A DNA stretch of 64,000 nucleotides, taken from the NCBI GenBank assembly GCA_018668635.1, contig JABJCN010000092.1, positions 9,032 through 73,031 of the forward strand, in the 5' to 3' direction. The translations under genes were made by a program, and so were the position numbers. Origin of the DNA: Opitutia bacterium. Lineage in GTDB: Bacteria > Verrucomicrobiota > Verrucomicrobiia > Opitutales > JABJCN01. The notes beneath the pieces are model-generated. The model saw nothing but the letters and a program-made list of their open reading frames with translations, was not told the origin of the DNA and ran no database searches. Positions 20,001 to 28,061 of this stretch are shown piece by piece. Each line of letters opens with the position of its first letter. Positions within the stretch are counted from its first letter, which is position 1.

Positions 20001-23000
20001 CCTTCATGGGCCGTTTCTGTAATTTTTAAAATGGATGGGCAGACAATCGGAACCGGAGTTCAGGACCCGAATGACCCAAGCATATTTGATCTACCTGGAG
20101 GATACTCGTTGGCGCCGCCAGGTAGCCACATCTTCAATGCAGAAGTAACTTATACCCTTCCTGCGATAGGTCCTGGTGGACCAGGTATGGTTGGTTCCAT
20201 GGTTTCTTCAGGTGTGAGTGTCATCGTCATGCCCAGTAATGGATTGAACCCGCCTCAAATTCAATGGTTGTTTCCTCCAAGCGGTATGACCCTGACTTCC
20301 GCCTCCAAAATACGCCTCCTTACCAATGCAAGTGATCCTGATGGTGATTTGGAAAGTGTGCAGTTTTACATTAATAACATCACCTACGGGAACAAAGTAT
20401 TACGGGTTCCTTCAATAAGTCCTGAAAAGTATCCATTTGGTGTTGAATGGTCCCCAGGTTCACCAGGTGTTTACACTTTGCAGGCGATTGCTTGGGATAA
20501 CGTACGAAATGCATCTGTGTCCCCCATGGTACAGGTGGTTGTAACGAGTGGTGTTGATCCGCCTGTGGTGGAAATGATTGCTCCTTTTACCCCACCCGAA
20601 TTTGCAGTACAAATTAATACCGCCGGTCAACTGGAATCCATCGAAACCATTCCATTCAGAGAAGGCTCCGGTTTTGATCCAAATGGAGAAATCGAAGTTT
20701 TCATAACCGGTCTTCGTCACCACGCAATCGCAGAGGTTGACTCCTTTCAGAATGGCGAAATTCGGGGAATCAATTTAATCGACGGAGGAAACGGATATAC
20801 CAGGACCCCCAAGGTGAATATTGTAGGTTCTGGAAAGGGTGCCCTTGCCTTTGCCCGGGTTCATAACCAGAAAGTATCTGAATTCCTAGTTCGTGATGCG
20901 GGGTATGGTTTTTCTCAGGAGGAAGGGGGAGCCAAGGTAATAATTGAGGGTGGACATTCAAATCCTCTTGCCACGGCAACCCTAGATAAAAATGGAGGAA
21001 TTGCTGAAGTCAATATTGCAACAAAAGGATCAGGTTTTCTTGATGGAGCCATTACTACCTACAGTGTCATTAATCCGGGCATTGAATATCCATTAGACCC
21101 TTCATTGATAACAGTTCTCATTGAAGGAGTTGGCACCAACAAAGCAGAGGCCGAGGTAGAGGTAAACTACAACGGATCAATTACGGAAATTACGCCGGTT
21201 AAATACGGAGCTGGCTATGACAAACCGTATCCATATCCTGATGATAGCGCCAGCTTGTCATTCAGCTTAAATGGAAATTACATTAATTCCTCGAATGCCA
21301 GTGACCCTAAGTGGTTACAGTTTATAACGGAAATTGCTGAAAAGAATACCCTTAATAATGCTCTCTTGTACGATACACTTGTTGTTAATGGGGCGCAGGG
21401 TAATGATTCTAAATATACGATTTTAAGTGTTTCGGCGGCAGGGATTGAAGTTTATCCCAATCTTGAAACAGAGGGTTTATTTACAAATGTTGACATCGTT
21501 GCCTACCCTGCGCCTCCAGTTATTGAAATAGTTGATAGCACCGGTCATGGTACTGGCGCTAGGGTTGTTGCATTTGTCGCAAGTCCTTCGGTTGTTGTCC
21601 GGGATGTCCGGGCTTTCAATCTTTCTCAAGCTTCTGGTGTGGTAAATTTTGGAGAACGGATTAAAATTTTTGCGGAGGGTTCAGATGTCGGTCAGGATGG
21701 ATCTCCTGGTTCTAGAGGTAAAATTATACGCACTGAATATTATATTGACGGACAAATGATATTTCAGCCAACCGCTGGTGCAAATGCCATCTTATCTAAC
21801 ATTGCCACCAATGCAAATGGTGATATTTTTCCTCTTTCTGGCTCTGGTGGAATATCAACTGATAACCAAAATGCGCCGATTTATTGGAGTCCCAACATCA
21901 ATGATGAGGGTATCCATGAGATGTTTGCTCTAACTTATGATGATGACCATAATGTTACGACGAGTTCACCGGTATTGATAAGTATCGTACCCCCCAGTGG
22001 CACCGGGACAGGTAATGGCACCGGGACAGGTAGTGGCAGTAGTGGGGATGTCATTCCCAAACTTTGGATCACTTCTCCAATTCAAGGAGCCACTTTTAAT
22101 TTCCTATCGGATTTAACCCCGGGTGGTGCAGGTTCCATTGATGGCGATACCAACATTACCACCGAGCCTATTGCAATTGAGGTCCGAGCTGAGCCTGGAG
22201 ACTCAGAGGGCAACGGTTCAATCGCGCAAGTAAGGCTCTTCGCCAATTCTACAATTGTAGGTGCTGATGGTAGCTTTCCCTATCAATTTACCTTCACCCC
22301 GAATTCTCTTGGTCAGATTAAATTTATTGCTGAGGCAACTGATGTCTACGGTAATACTGCACTATCTGACTCACGAACCATCACTGTTACAGATGGTATC
22401 TATCCGAATGGTTATGAGGGGTTTCAGGGCGCCTTGCCGGTAGTTGAGATTACATCGCCACTGGATACCATGGAGTTTGTCATGGGAACGACAGGCCGTG
22501 CGGTCACATTATCTGCCAAGGCCGCGCCTAACCCACAGACGCCATCCATGTTAATTACACAGGTCGAGTTCTTTGTTAACGATGACTTTGTCGGTGCAGA
22601 TAATGCCTTCCCCTATCGTGTCCCATTCGTTTTTCCCGGGGAAGGTCATTACGAAATACGTGCTGTTGCAAGAGATAGCCGGATGATGAGAAACTCCGAC
22701 ATTATCACCGTTCGTGTGATAGAAAACCCACTGCTTACTGCAACTGCTGGCTTACAACCTTGGGAGGTGGGCTCAACTGGTAGCCCAACCAGTGACGCCA
22801 ATCGGGATTTTATTGTATCTGTCTACCGAGATTTAACTATTGAAAATCCAGATGCCAATTCTCTATCCACTTTTCAGTCCAAACTAGACAAGGGATACAT
22901 GACCCGCGAGGACTTTGTTGCAGAAGTTCTCGACAAACAGCGGAGCCTTGCAGTGCAGTACTCTTCTGCAACCCAATATCTCCTTACCGGGATTTGGCCG

Positions 23001-24230
23001 GACCGTGATGGAGTCGTTTTTAATACTTTTCTCTACGGTCAACGTTCGGTGGATGGTCTGACTCAGGAAGCAACCTTAATTCCTGATTCTATACCCGTTG
23101 CACCGCCGAATCAACAAGGTGGCAACAATAACAATAACAACAACAACAACGGCCTAGGGCAGGGCAATGGCCCACCAGAGTGGCGGCTTAGTTCACCGGG
23201 CTTGCGTTTTACGGATCCTTCAGAATCCCCTACAGGTGGTATTGTTGCTGGGCCACCAGCAGCCGGATTTATAGGTCCAACAGGTCTTGCTCGTACCTGG
23301 GGAGTTGTTGTTCCTGTAACAGGCAGGGTGGGAATGCCTAGACCGGGACTTGATACGGTAACCCGTTATTATTACTTTCTGGAGAACCAGTTATCAATTT
23401 TCACTTATAATTATTGGGACTTTGACTTGGTTGCCTCTGACATGTTTCGAAGAAAATATTTTGGGGTGGCTCCCGATGGCCCTCAGGTTTTTCGGATTCA
23501 GTCTTTGATGGAGACTCCTTACCTTAAGCAAAAAGGAAAGGATGATTATGATAGCTTGGGTCAGCTGTACCTTAACGAGGGCCTTTCTGACAGAGTTCGT
23601 ATTGATGCAGTACAGGCATTGGTTGCTGACAACGAAATCGCTACTTACAGAGACCTTACCTATACCAAAACCTTGGAAATAACTTTTCCACCCAACAACA
23701 CCATGGCTGATACCATGAAAGTACATGCTTTGTGGGTTTCCATGGCTAGAAATAATCCCAATCCAGATGAAATGTCTTCATTATTGAGGATGGGTTCAAT
23801 AAAAGAGCAAATCCAATATATCCTCTCATTATCTGAATATAGGGCAAGGTTTCCGGGTAAAGTTCTTTCAGATGCCTATTTCAATCATTGGGCCTCCGGT
23901 GCAAAAGATTCGGGAGGCGACTGGTACTCTCTAAAAAAATTTGGCTTCTTTCTGGCCCGGCAGCTGACGACGGGCTGGATATACCATCAGGGCGAAACCC
24001 CTGCGTCGGATGGCCTCGGGTGGATTTTTATTCCCTACGAACAGCCGGCCTCTTCCATCTGGTTGCATAGACCTGACCTAGGTTGGTGCTGGACAACTAT
24101 TTCGGGAGAGTCTCCTGTATTTCCATATCTTTACAGTCAGAATTATGGATGGTTGTATTTTGAGGAAACTGAAGCAGGTAGCCCGTGGTTCTATTCTTTT
24201 GGCAGCGAGGCTTGGATGCAGTTGCCTTAA
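17010..24230 (+). CDS. Secreted 2406-aa multidomain protein: CARDB-like region, PD40/TolB-like beta-propeller, Ig-like (Big_7-type) domains, GxG[YF] repeats, DUF4214-like segment and Trp-rich C-terminal repeats
   Basis: The ATG at 17010 is followed by the signal-peptide-like MKLPCKLLFLSLFTLVTSVLHGQ. Seven blade motifs are visible: SVSGDGARIAFVS, ISVDGRFVTFSS, SISEDGRFIAFQS, DISFDAKWIGFGS, SVNGDGSEIAFVS, TIDRSGRFIAFRS and SISADSRFVAFST. Ig-like motifs include VDFFVNGEIVAVDDAEPYSTTYTFDTPGTYNIRARATD and VEFFVNDDFVGADNAFPYRVPF. Confidence 0.9.
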   Translation: MKLPCKLLFLSLFTLVTSVLHGQLNTGNITGFGWGQGTYRIGTTVPINLLSITGPMDVLYYDITVRGFDIYGDEVGDGFNGAGDFGYIIDSGYTQSLAGPAPMTQPETGTMGPWFWTIPNEGRLHSPAPAGYFLNFNFYSENPAIDPNAILLRPMGVDGVFVDVEADLYVTGLDFPAGNYVGGDFITLKVSLSNGFPPPSLIQGMADPFPNVLRETRPLFTSFDIDFRLSIDPAYDTEVRINSGVDNSDDFDLHTVTVVGDGKNGQSFRDSWLDPAEVVTITTDALLPKNYSGIFFLGTEIDSGDSPGVRDLTEANNILMSSATARIHIRPTNSPSTHPVSERTDGNGQQVASANEYSDEPSVSGDGARIAFVSRASNLLTTGSDNNNLADVFIRNRDTGTIQLASMSSSGVQANRDSSDPDISVDGRFVTFSSLASNLVDGDVGGFSDIFLHDIISGETTRITKRIETPTGSDITYTLEANGSSFTPSISEDGRFIAFQSYATNLDHDFDGKFPKGGSQVSYIYVHDRGVDGDLNRFDRVDNVRTYLVSTSTNGSIADSNSYAPDISFDAKWIGFGSIAQNLQHSLDEPSKFQQIYRRRLFDDFALKSNTGLPKGVYGKSPSDAEIRDSLELLSLSASGDPGNSDSYDASVNGDGSEIAFVSEADNLDFRMVDSNGVPDIFVRSIRDGEQPQTVRVNISSGGNEAIDVELEDSLNAINVAAGNLDPTIDRSGRFIAFRSHADNITHLSPLKNGFSDVFLHDRDFDGNDIFDEVALSGVKTEVISVNRFGLETRGLLNRPSSASSRNPSISADSRFVAFSTDSENTGGLRFSRSNMYPLDSNFYRDIFLYDQNINVPTTIPELYPPSVVITEPNNGDTFFTGTTIFVNAFASDPLGTSAATAGITKVDFFVNGEIVAVDDAEPYSTTYTFDTPGTYNIRARATDLDGYETTSASIIVTADISTITLPEIELLSPRDGLDISEGSPIFLKAKMIGAIDPSWAVSVIFKMDGQTIGTGVQDPNDPSIFDLPGGYSLAPPGSHIFNAEVTYTLPAIGPGGPGMVGSMVSSGVSVIVMPSNGLNPPQIQWLFPPSGMTLTSASKIRLLTNASDPDGDLESVQFYINNITYGNKVLRVPSISPEKYPFGVEWSPGSPGVYTLQAIAWDNVRNASVSPMVQVVVTSGVDPPVVEMIAPFTPPEFAVQINTAGQLESIETIPFREGSGFDPNGEIEVFITGLRHHAIAEVDSFQNGEIRGINLIDGGNGYTRTPKVNIVGSGKGALAFARVHNQKVSEFLVRDAGYGFSQEEGGAKVIIEGGHSNPLATATLDKNGGIAEVNIATKGSGFLDGAITTYSVINPGIEYPLDPSLITVLIEGVGTNKAEAEVEVNYNGSITEITPVKYGAGYDKPYPYPDDSASLSFSLNGNYINSSNASDPKWLQFITEIAEKNTLNNALLYDTLVVNGAQGNDSKYTILSVSAAGIEVYPNLETEGLFTNVDIVAYPAPPVIEIVDSTGHGTGARVVAFVASPSVVVRDVRAFNLSQASGVVNFGERIKIFAEGSDVGQDGSPGSRGKIIRTEYYIDGQMIFQPTAGANAILSNIATNANGDIFPLSGSGGISTDNQNAPIYWSPNINDEGIHEMFALTYDDDHNVTTSSPVLISIVPPSGTGTGNGTGTGSGSSGDVIPKLWITSPIQGATFNFLSDLTPGGAGSIDGDTNITTEPIAIEVRAEPGDSEGNGSIAQVRLFANSTIVGADGSFPYQFTFTPNSLGQIKFIAEATDVYGNTALSDSRTITVTDGIYPNGYEGFQGALPVVEITSPLDTMEFVMGTTGRAVTLSAKAAPNPQTPSMLITQVEFFVNDDFVGADNAFPYRVPFVFPGEGHYEIRAVARDSRMMRNSDIITVRVIENPLLTATAGLQPWEVGSTGSPTSDANRDFIVSVYRDLTIENPDANSLSTFQSKLDKGYMTREDFVAEVLDKQRSLAVQYSSATQYLLTGIWPDRDGVVFNTFLYGQRSVDGLTQEATLIPDSIPVAPPNQQGGNNNNNNNNNGLGQGNGPPEWRLSSPGLRFTDPSESPTGGIVAGPPAAGFIGPTGLARTWGVVVPVTGRVGMPRPGLDTVTRYYYFLENQLSIFTYNYWDFDLVASDMFRRKYFGVAPDGPQVFRIQSLMETPYLKQKGKDDYDSLGQLYLNEGLSDRVRIDAVQALVADNEIATYRDLTYTKTLEITFPPNNTMADTMKVHALWVSMARNNPNPDEMSSLLRMGSIKEQIQYILSLSEYRARFPGKVLSDAYFNHWASGAKDSGGDWYSLKKFGFFLARQLTTGWIYHQGETPASDGLGWIFIPYEQPASSIWLHRPDLGWCWTTISGESPVFPYLYSQNYGWLYFEETEAGSPWFYSFGSEAWMQLP

Positions 24231-24266
24231 AATTAGTATCAAGGCCCAAGGAACTGAAAGATTGCG

Positions 24267-25790
24267 TCAATATGCCTTGGCAAAAACGACTTGTCCTTCA
24301 CTAGGTTTGCCTGTGAATGGGCAAGTACCCGGTTCACCCGTACGCTCTTCTGGTATGCAACGAATTGAGACTTTCAGATCCTTCTGAAGGCGATCCTCGG
24401 CTTCTGTGTCATGCGCCCAGTGGGCCTTGGCAAAGCCCCCATGGATTTCATTGGTGTCTTTATCTTTTGGTGTGAAGAAGTCGTAAAAGTCTTCCTTGTT
24501 GTCGATACTGCATGTATTGGCCTCGCGAAAGTCTTTTGCCCGTTGGTGCAGGTTGTCTTGAATTTCCTGAAGCACAGAGGACATTGAATTTATGAATTCC
24601 GTTCTTGGCATACCTTTGCGTTCCTGGGGACCATTGTCCCTCCGCCCGACGAACACAGAGTCGCTTTCGAGGTCGCGAGGGCCAACTTCCACCGTTAGCG
24701 GAATGCCTTTCTTGACCCATTGCCACATCTTTTCACCACCACGTAGGTCGCGATCATCGAATTCAACACGTATGGGTTTCCCATCAAATGTCAGGTCACG
24801 GATTTCGCGGGCAAGCTTGTCGCAATGCTCCAGGACCTGGTTTCTTGTTTCTTCTTTCGGGGTTACTGGCAGGATGACAACGTGGGCAGGAGCCAATCTT
24901 GGAGGACAAACCATGCCATTATCATCCGCATGACTCATGATAAGTCCACCAACAAGCCGGGTCGATACTCCCCAGGAGGTTGTCCATGCGTGTAGCTTTT
25001 GACCCTCCTTATCGAGATATTGGATATTGCTGGCCTTTGAGAAATTTTGGCCAAGAAAATGTGATGTGCCGGCCTGCAAAGCCTTGCGATCCTGCATCAT
25101 GGCTTCAATCGAATAGGTATTCAATGCCCCCGGGAAGCGTTCTCCCTCAGTCTTCTCTCCCTTGATTACAGGCATGGCCATGTAGCTTTCTGCAAAATCG
25201 GCATAGAGATCGAGGATGAGTCGTGTTTCCTCCATGGCTTCTTCGCTACTGGCATGAACCGTGTGACCTTCCTGCCAAAGAAATTCTGCCGTGCGGAGAA
25301 AAAGTCGGGTTCGCATTTCCCACCGGACTACATTTGCCCATTGGTTTATCAATAAGGGAAGATCGCGGTAGGATTGGACCCACTTGGCAAAGAGTTCGCC
25401 AATTATTGTCTCTGATGTTGGCCGGACAATAAGGGGTTCCTCAAGTGGTCCAGCCGGAGTCAGTTGGCCATCTTCTCCTGCCTCCAGCCTCGAGTGTGTG
25501 ACCACGGCGCATTCCTTGGCGAAGCCCTCCACATGCTCCGCTTCACGTTGCATGAAACGAAGCGGAATAAATAGAGGGAAATATGCATTCTTGTGTCCGG
25601 TTGCCTTGAACCTGGCATCCAGCTCGGACTGGATGTTTTCCCAGAGTGCATAACCCCATGGCTTTATAACCATGCATCCACGTACCGGAGAGACTTCCGC
25701 AAGGTCTGCTGCGCGAATTACCTGTTGATACCATTCCGGGTAATCTTCAGAGCGAGTTGGGTTTATGGCGGTTTTTGCTTTCTTGGACAT
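24267..25790 (-). CDS. proS: Prolyl-tRNA synthetase, archaeal/eukaryote-like type
   Basis: 507 aa. The N-terminus is PTRSEDYPEWYQQVIRAADLAEVSPVRGCMVIKPWGYALWENIQ. Class II motifs are present and the protein ends in Y, as this ProRS subtype typically does. Confidence 0.92.
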   Translation of the reverse strand: MSKKAKTAINPTRSEDYPEWYQQVIRAADLAEVSPVRGCMVIKPWGYALWENIQSELDARFKATGHKNAYFPLFIPLRFMQREAEHVEGFAKECAVVTHSRLEAGEDGQLTPAGPLEEPLIVRPTSETIIGELFAKWVQSYRDLPLLINQWANVVRWEMRTRLFLRTAEFLWQEGHTVHASSEEAMEETRLILDLYADFAESYMAMPVIKGEKTEGERFPGALNTYSIEAMMQDRKALQAGTSHFLGQNFSKASNIQYLDKEGQKLHAWTTSWGVSTRLVGGLIMSHADDNGMVCPPRLAPAHVVILPVTPKEETRNQVLEHCDKLAREIRDLTFDGKPIRVEFDDRDLRGGEKMWQWVKKGIPLTVEVGPRDLESDSVFVGRRDNGPQERKGMPRTEFINSMSSVLQEIQDNLHQRAKDFREANTCSIDNKEDFYDFFTPKDKDTNEIHGGFAKAHWAHDTEAEDRLQKDLKVSIRCIPEERTGEPGTCPFTGKPSEGQVVFAKAY

Positions 25791-25822
25791 AAAAAGAAAT
25801 GAAGTTGTTGATTGAAGGAAAT

Positions 25823-26656
25823 TTAAATTTTTAACCCGTAAGCCTGTACGGCGACTTCACCCCAAAGCAGTGCTTTCTCGGATTCTGAGAGTACTGAGGC
25901 AAATTTATCCACAATGCTGATCCATTGGCTGTATTCAATGGCGAGTAGTGCAACCGGCCAATCAGATCCAAACATCATGCGGGTGGGGCCAAATGCTTCC
26001 AGGGCAATCTCAAGATAGGGGAGAAGTTGATCCTCTGTCCACTTTGACCAATCTGCCTCTGTGGCCACACCTGAAAGCTTGCAGTATATATTTTCCCTCT
26101 TGGCCAACTCATGGATCTGCTCTTTCCATGGAGACAACAAGCCATCCCCGATTCGAGGCTTGGCAATGTGGTCCAGTACGAAGACCTGTTCCGGGTGTTG
26201 GTCTACAAACTCAATTGTTGGGGCAAGTTGGCGTTCGTAGATAAGGATGTCATAGATCAATTCATGTTTTTTTAGGTGGGAGATTCCTTCATTGAAGGCT
26301 TTTCCAAGAATAAAGGCGTCATCCGGTTCATCCTGTACCACATGACGCATCCCTATTATTTTAGGTTCCTCTGCAAAACGTTCGATGTATTTTTCCACAT
26401 CTGGATCAGCAAATGGAACCCATCCGACAACTCCCTTGATAAAATCGTGTTGCTTCGCGTAATTGTTTAGGAAATCAGTTTCATCAAGAGTTTGGCTGGC
26501 CTGCACGGAAATGACCCCGTCTATCCCTGCTTTTTGAGTTTCGGCCAACAGCTTGTCGGGTGTGAAATCATTGCGTAACTGTGCCATGTGGTCACCTATC
26601 CAGCTGTATGCAACCGGGTCGTAGTTCCAGAAGTGGTGGTGCGAATCTATCTTCAT
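25823..26656 (-). CDS. Amidohydrolase-2 family metal-dependent hydrolase (L-fuconolactonase-like)
   Basis: 277 aa starting MKIDSHHHFWNYDP, followed by VQASQ and GVVGWV motifs. This pattern is typical of the PF04909 lactonase group. Confidence 0.75.
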   Translation of the reverse strand: MKIDSHHHFWNYDPVAYSWIGDHMAQLRNDFTPDKLLAETQKAGIDGVISVQASQTLDETDFLNNYAKQHDFIKGVVGWVPFADPDVEKYIERFAEEPKIIGMRHVVQDEPDDAFILGKAFNEGISHLKKHELIYDILIYERQLAPTIEFVDQHPEQVFVLDHIAKPRIGDGLLSPWKEQIHELAKRENIYCKLSGVATEADWSKWTEDQLLPYLEIALEAFGPTRMMFGSDWPVALLAIEYSQWISIVDKFASVLSESEKALLWGEVAVQAYGLKI

Positions 26657-26841
26657 CCTTTAATTTACAATTTAGGCCGAGCATGGAGGCAAAGACCTTC
26701 CAGAATGGCAAGAATTTAGCCTCAGGCAATTTTTTTACAGAATTTTGAACGAAAGGCTGCAGGCCCCATTCCAATGAATAACCCACCCCCGTAACCTGTT
26801 CCAACAGCACTTTTATCTTGAACCTTAACCCCTGATAGATT

Positions 26842-27522
26842 ATGAATGCCCCTGTTTTAAAACTAGTTGGAACAACCAACTGCGGACTCGTGGATACTAC
26901 TGAAAATACTAATACTGAGGTATTGCCAAACCGGAAACCGCTGAACGCGGATTCGACGGATTCACAACTCATTGAGCTTGTGAATGAAGGCCATACCAAT
27001 GCTTTCAGTGCCTTGGTGCTCCGTTATCGTGACCGCGTTTTTTCAGTTGTTTACAACATGACCTCCAACCGCGAAGACGCCAATGATGTAACTCAGGATG
27101 TGTTCGTTAAGGCATTTCAAAACATCCATAGGTTTCAACAGAAGTCCACCTTCTTTACCTGGTTATATCGGATTGCGGTCAATACGACCATCAGCTTCAT
27201 CAAGAAGAATCGTAACAGGCAGTTTTTTAGCCTGGAAAATTTCGAGGAAGAGGGCATAAGCGGCAAACTTGCGGAGATTTTATCATCCAGAAAGCATTCT
27301 CGACGAGAGCTTATGCTGCACGAATTACAGGAAAAATTGAACGAAGCGCTTCAGAAATTGTCTGTTAAGCATAGGACTACCGTAGTTCTTTTTGAAATTG
27401 AAGGCCTTAGCCACAAGGATATCGGTGAAATTTTAAATTGCTCTGAGGGGACAGTAAGGTCCCGACTGCACTACGCCAAGAATGAGTTACAGAACTACAT
27501 GAAGGAATACCTTCGCCTTTGA
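26842..27522 (+). CDS. ECF-type RNA polymerase sigma-70 family factor
   Basis: Region 2 reads FSALVLRYRDRVFSVVYNMTSNREDANDVTQDVFVKAFQNIHRF...FFTWLYRIAVNTTISFIKK. Region 4 reads TVVLFEIEGLSHKDIGEILNCSEGTVRSRLHYAKNEL. Confidence 0.9.
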   Translation: MNAPVLKLVGTTNCGLVDTTENTNTEVLPNRKPLNADSTDSQLIELVNEGHTNAFSALVLRYRDRVFSVVYNMTSNREDANDVTQDVFVKAFQNIHRFQQKSTFFTWLYRIAVNTTISFIKKNRNRQFFSLENFEEEGISGKLAEILSSRKHSRRELMLHELQEKLNEALQKLSVKHRTTVVLFEIEGLSHKDIGEILNCSEGTVRSRLHYAKNELQNYMKEYLRL

Positions 27523-28052
27523 TAGATACACAAATGAGAAATAATAATAATCAGGAGGATCAGCTCACGCTGAATGATCTTTTCGAGCTCAAAAAGCAGG
27601 AAAAGCCTGTGTCTGAGTTTTGGGATGAATTTGATCAGCAACTGCATCAAAAGATGATGTCATCGCTTGTTGACCGTCGCACTTCATTTAGTCGTGCGTG
27701 GGAGTTTGCAGTTCGAAAGCTTCTACCCATTTCCCTTGCAGGGAGTGCAGTGGCAGCGCTTTTGATTTCCATGACCCCACTTTGGCACTCTGATGAGTCC
27801 GTTGGCGTCAATAAGGAAATTGCCAAGGTTATTGTCTCCCCGAAGACCGCTATTCCCAAGGTAGGACTTGCCAGTACCATTGATTTTCATCAGGCAGACC
27901 TTCCTGCAACGGAAGTTGTCTCTATGGAATCCAAGGAATTTTCCGGGATGGAAATCACGGTGAATTCTGCGGTTAATGAGATTTATGAAACCAATCCCCT
28001 CATTGCTTCTATCGTAGTAAATACTGGGAGTTTGGTGGAGCAGATTTTCTAG
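27519..28052 (+). CDS. Putative single-pass membrane anti-sigma factor
   Basis: The start (TTG 27519, or ATG 27534) overlaps or abuts the sigma gene stop. One hydrophobic helix (LLPISLAGSAVAALLISMTPLW) lies mid-protein. There is no HxxxCxxC zinc anti-sigma motif. The call rests on position only. Confidence 0.5.
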   Translation: MIDTQMRNNNNQEDQLTLNDLFELKKQEKPVSEFWDEFDQQLHQKMMSSLVDRRTSFSRAWEFAVRKLLPISLAGSAVAALLISMTPLWHSDESVGVNKEIAKVIVSPKTAIPKVGLASTIDFHQADLPATEVVSMESKEFSGMEITVNSAVNEIYETNPLIASIVVNTGSLVEQIF

Positions 28053-28061
28053 GGTTATGAG

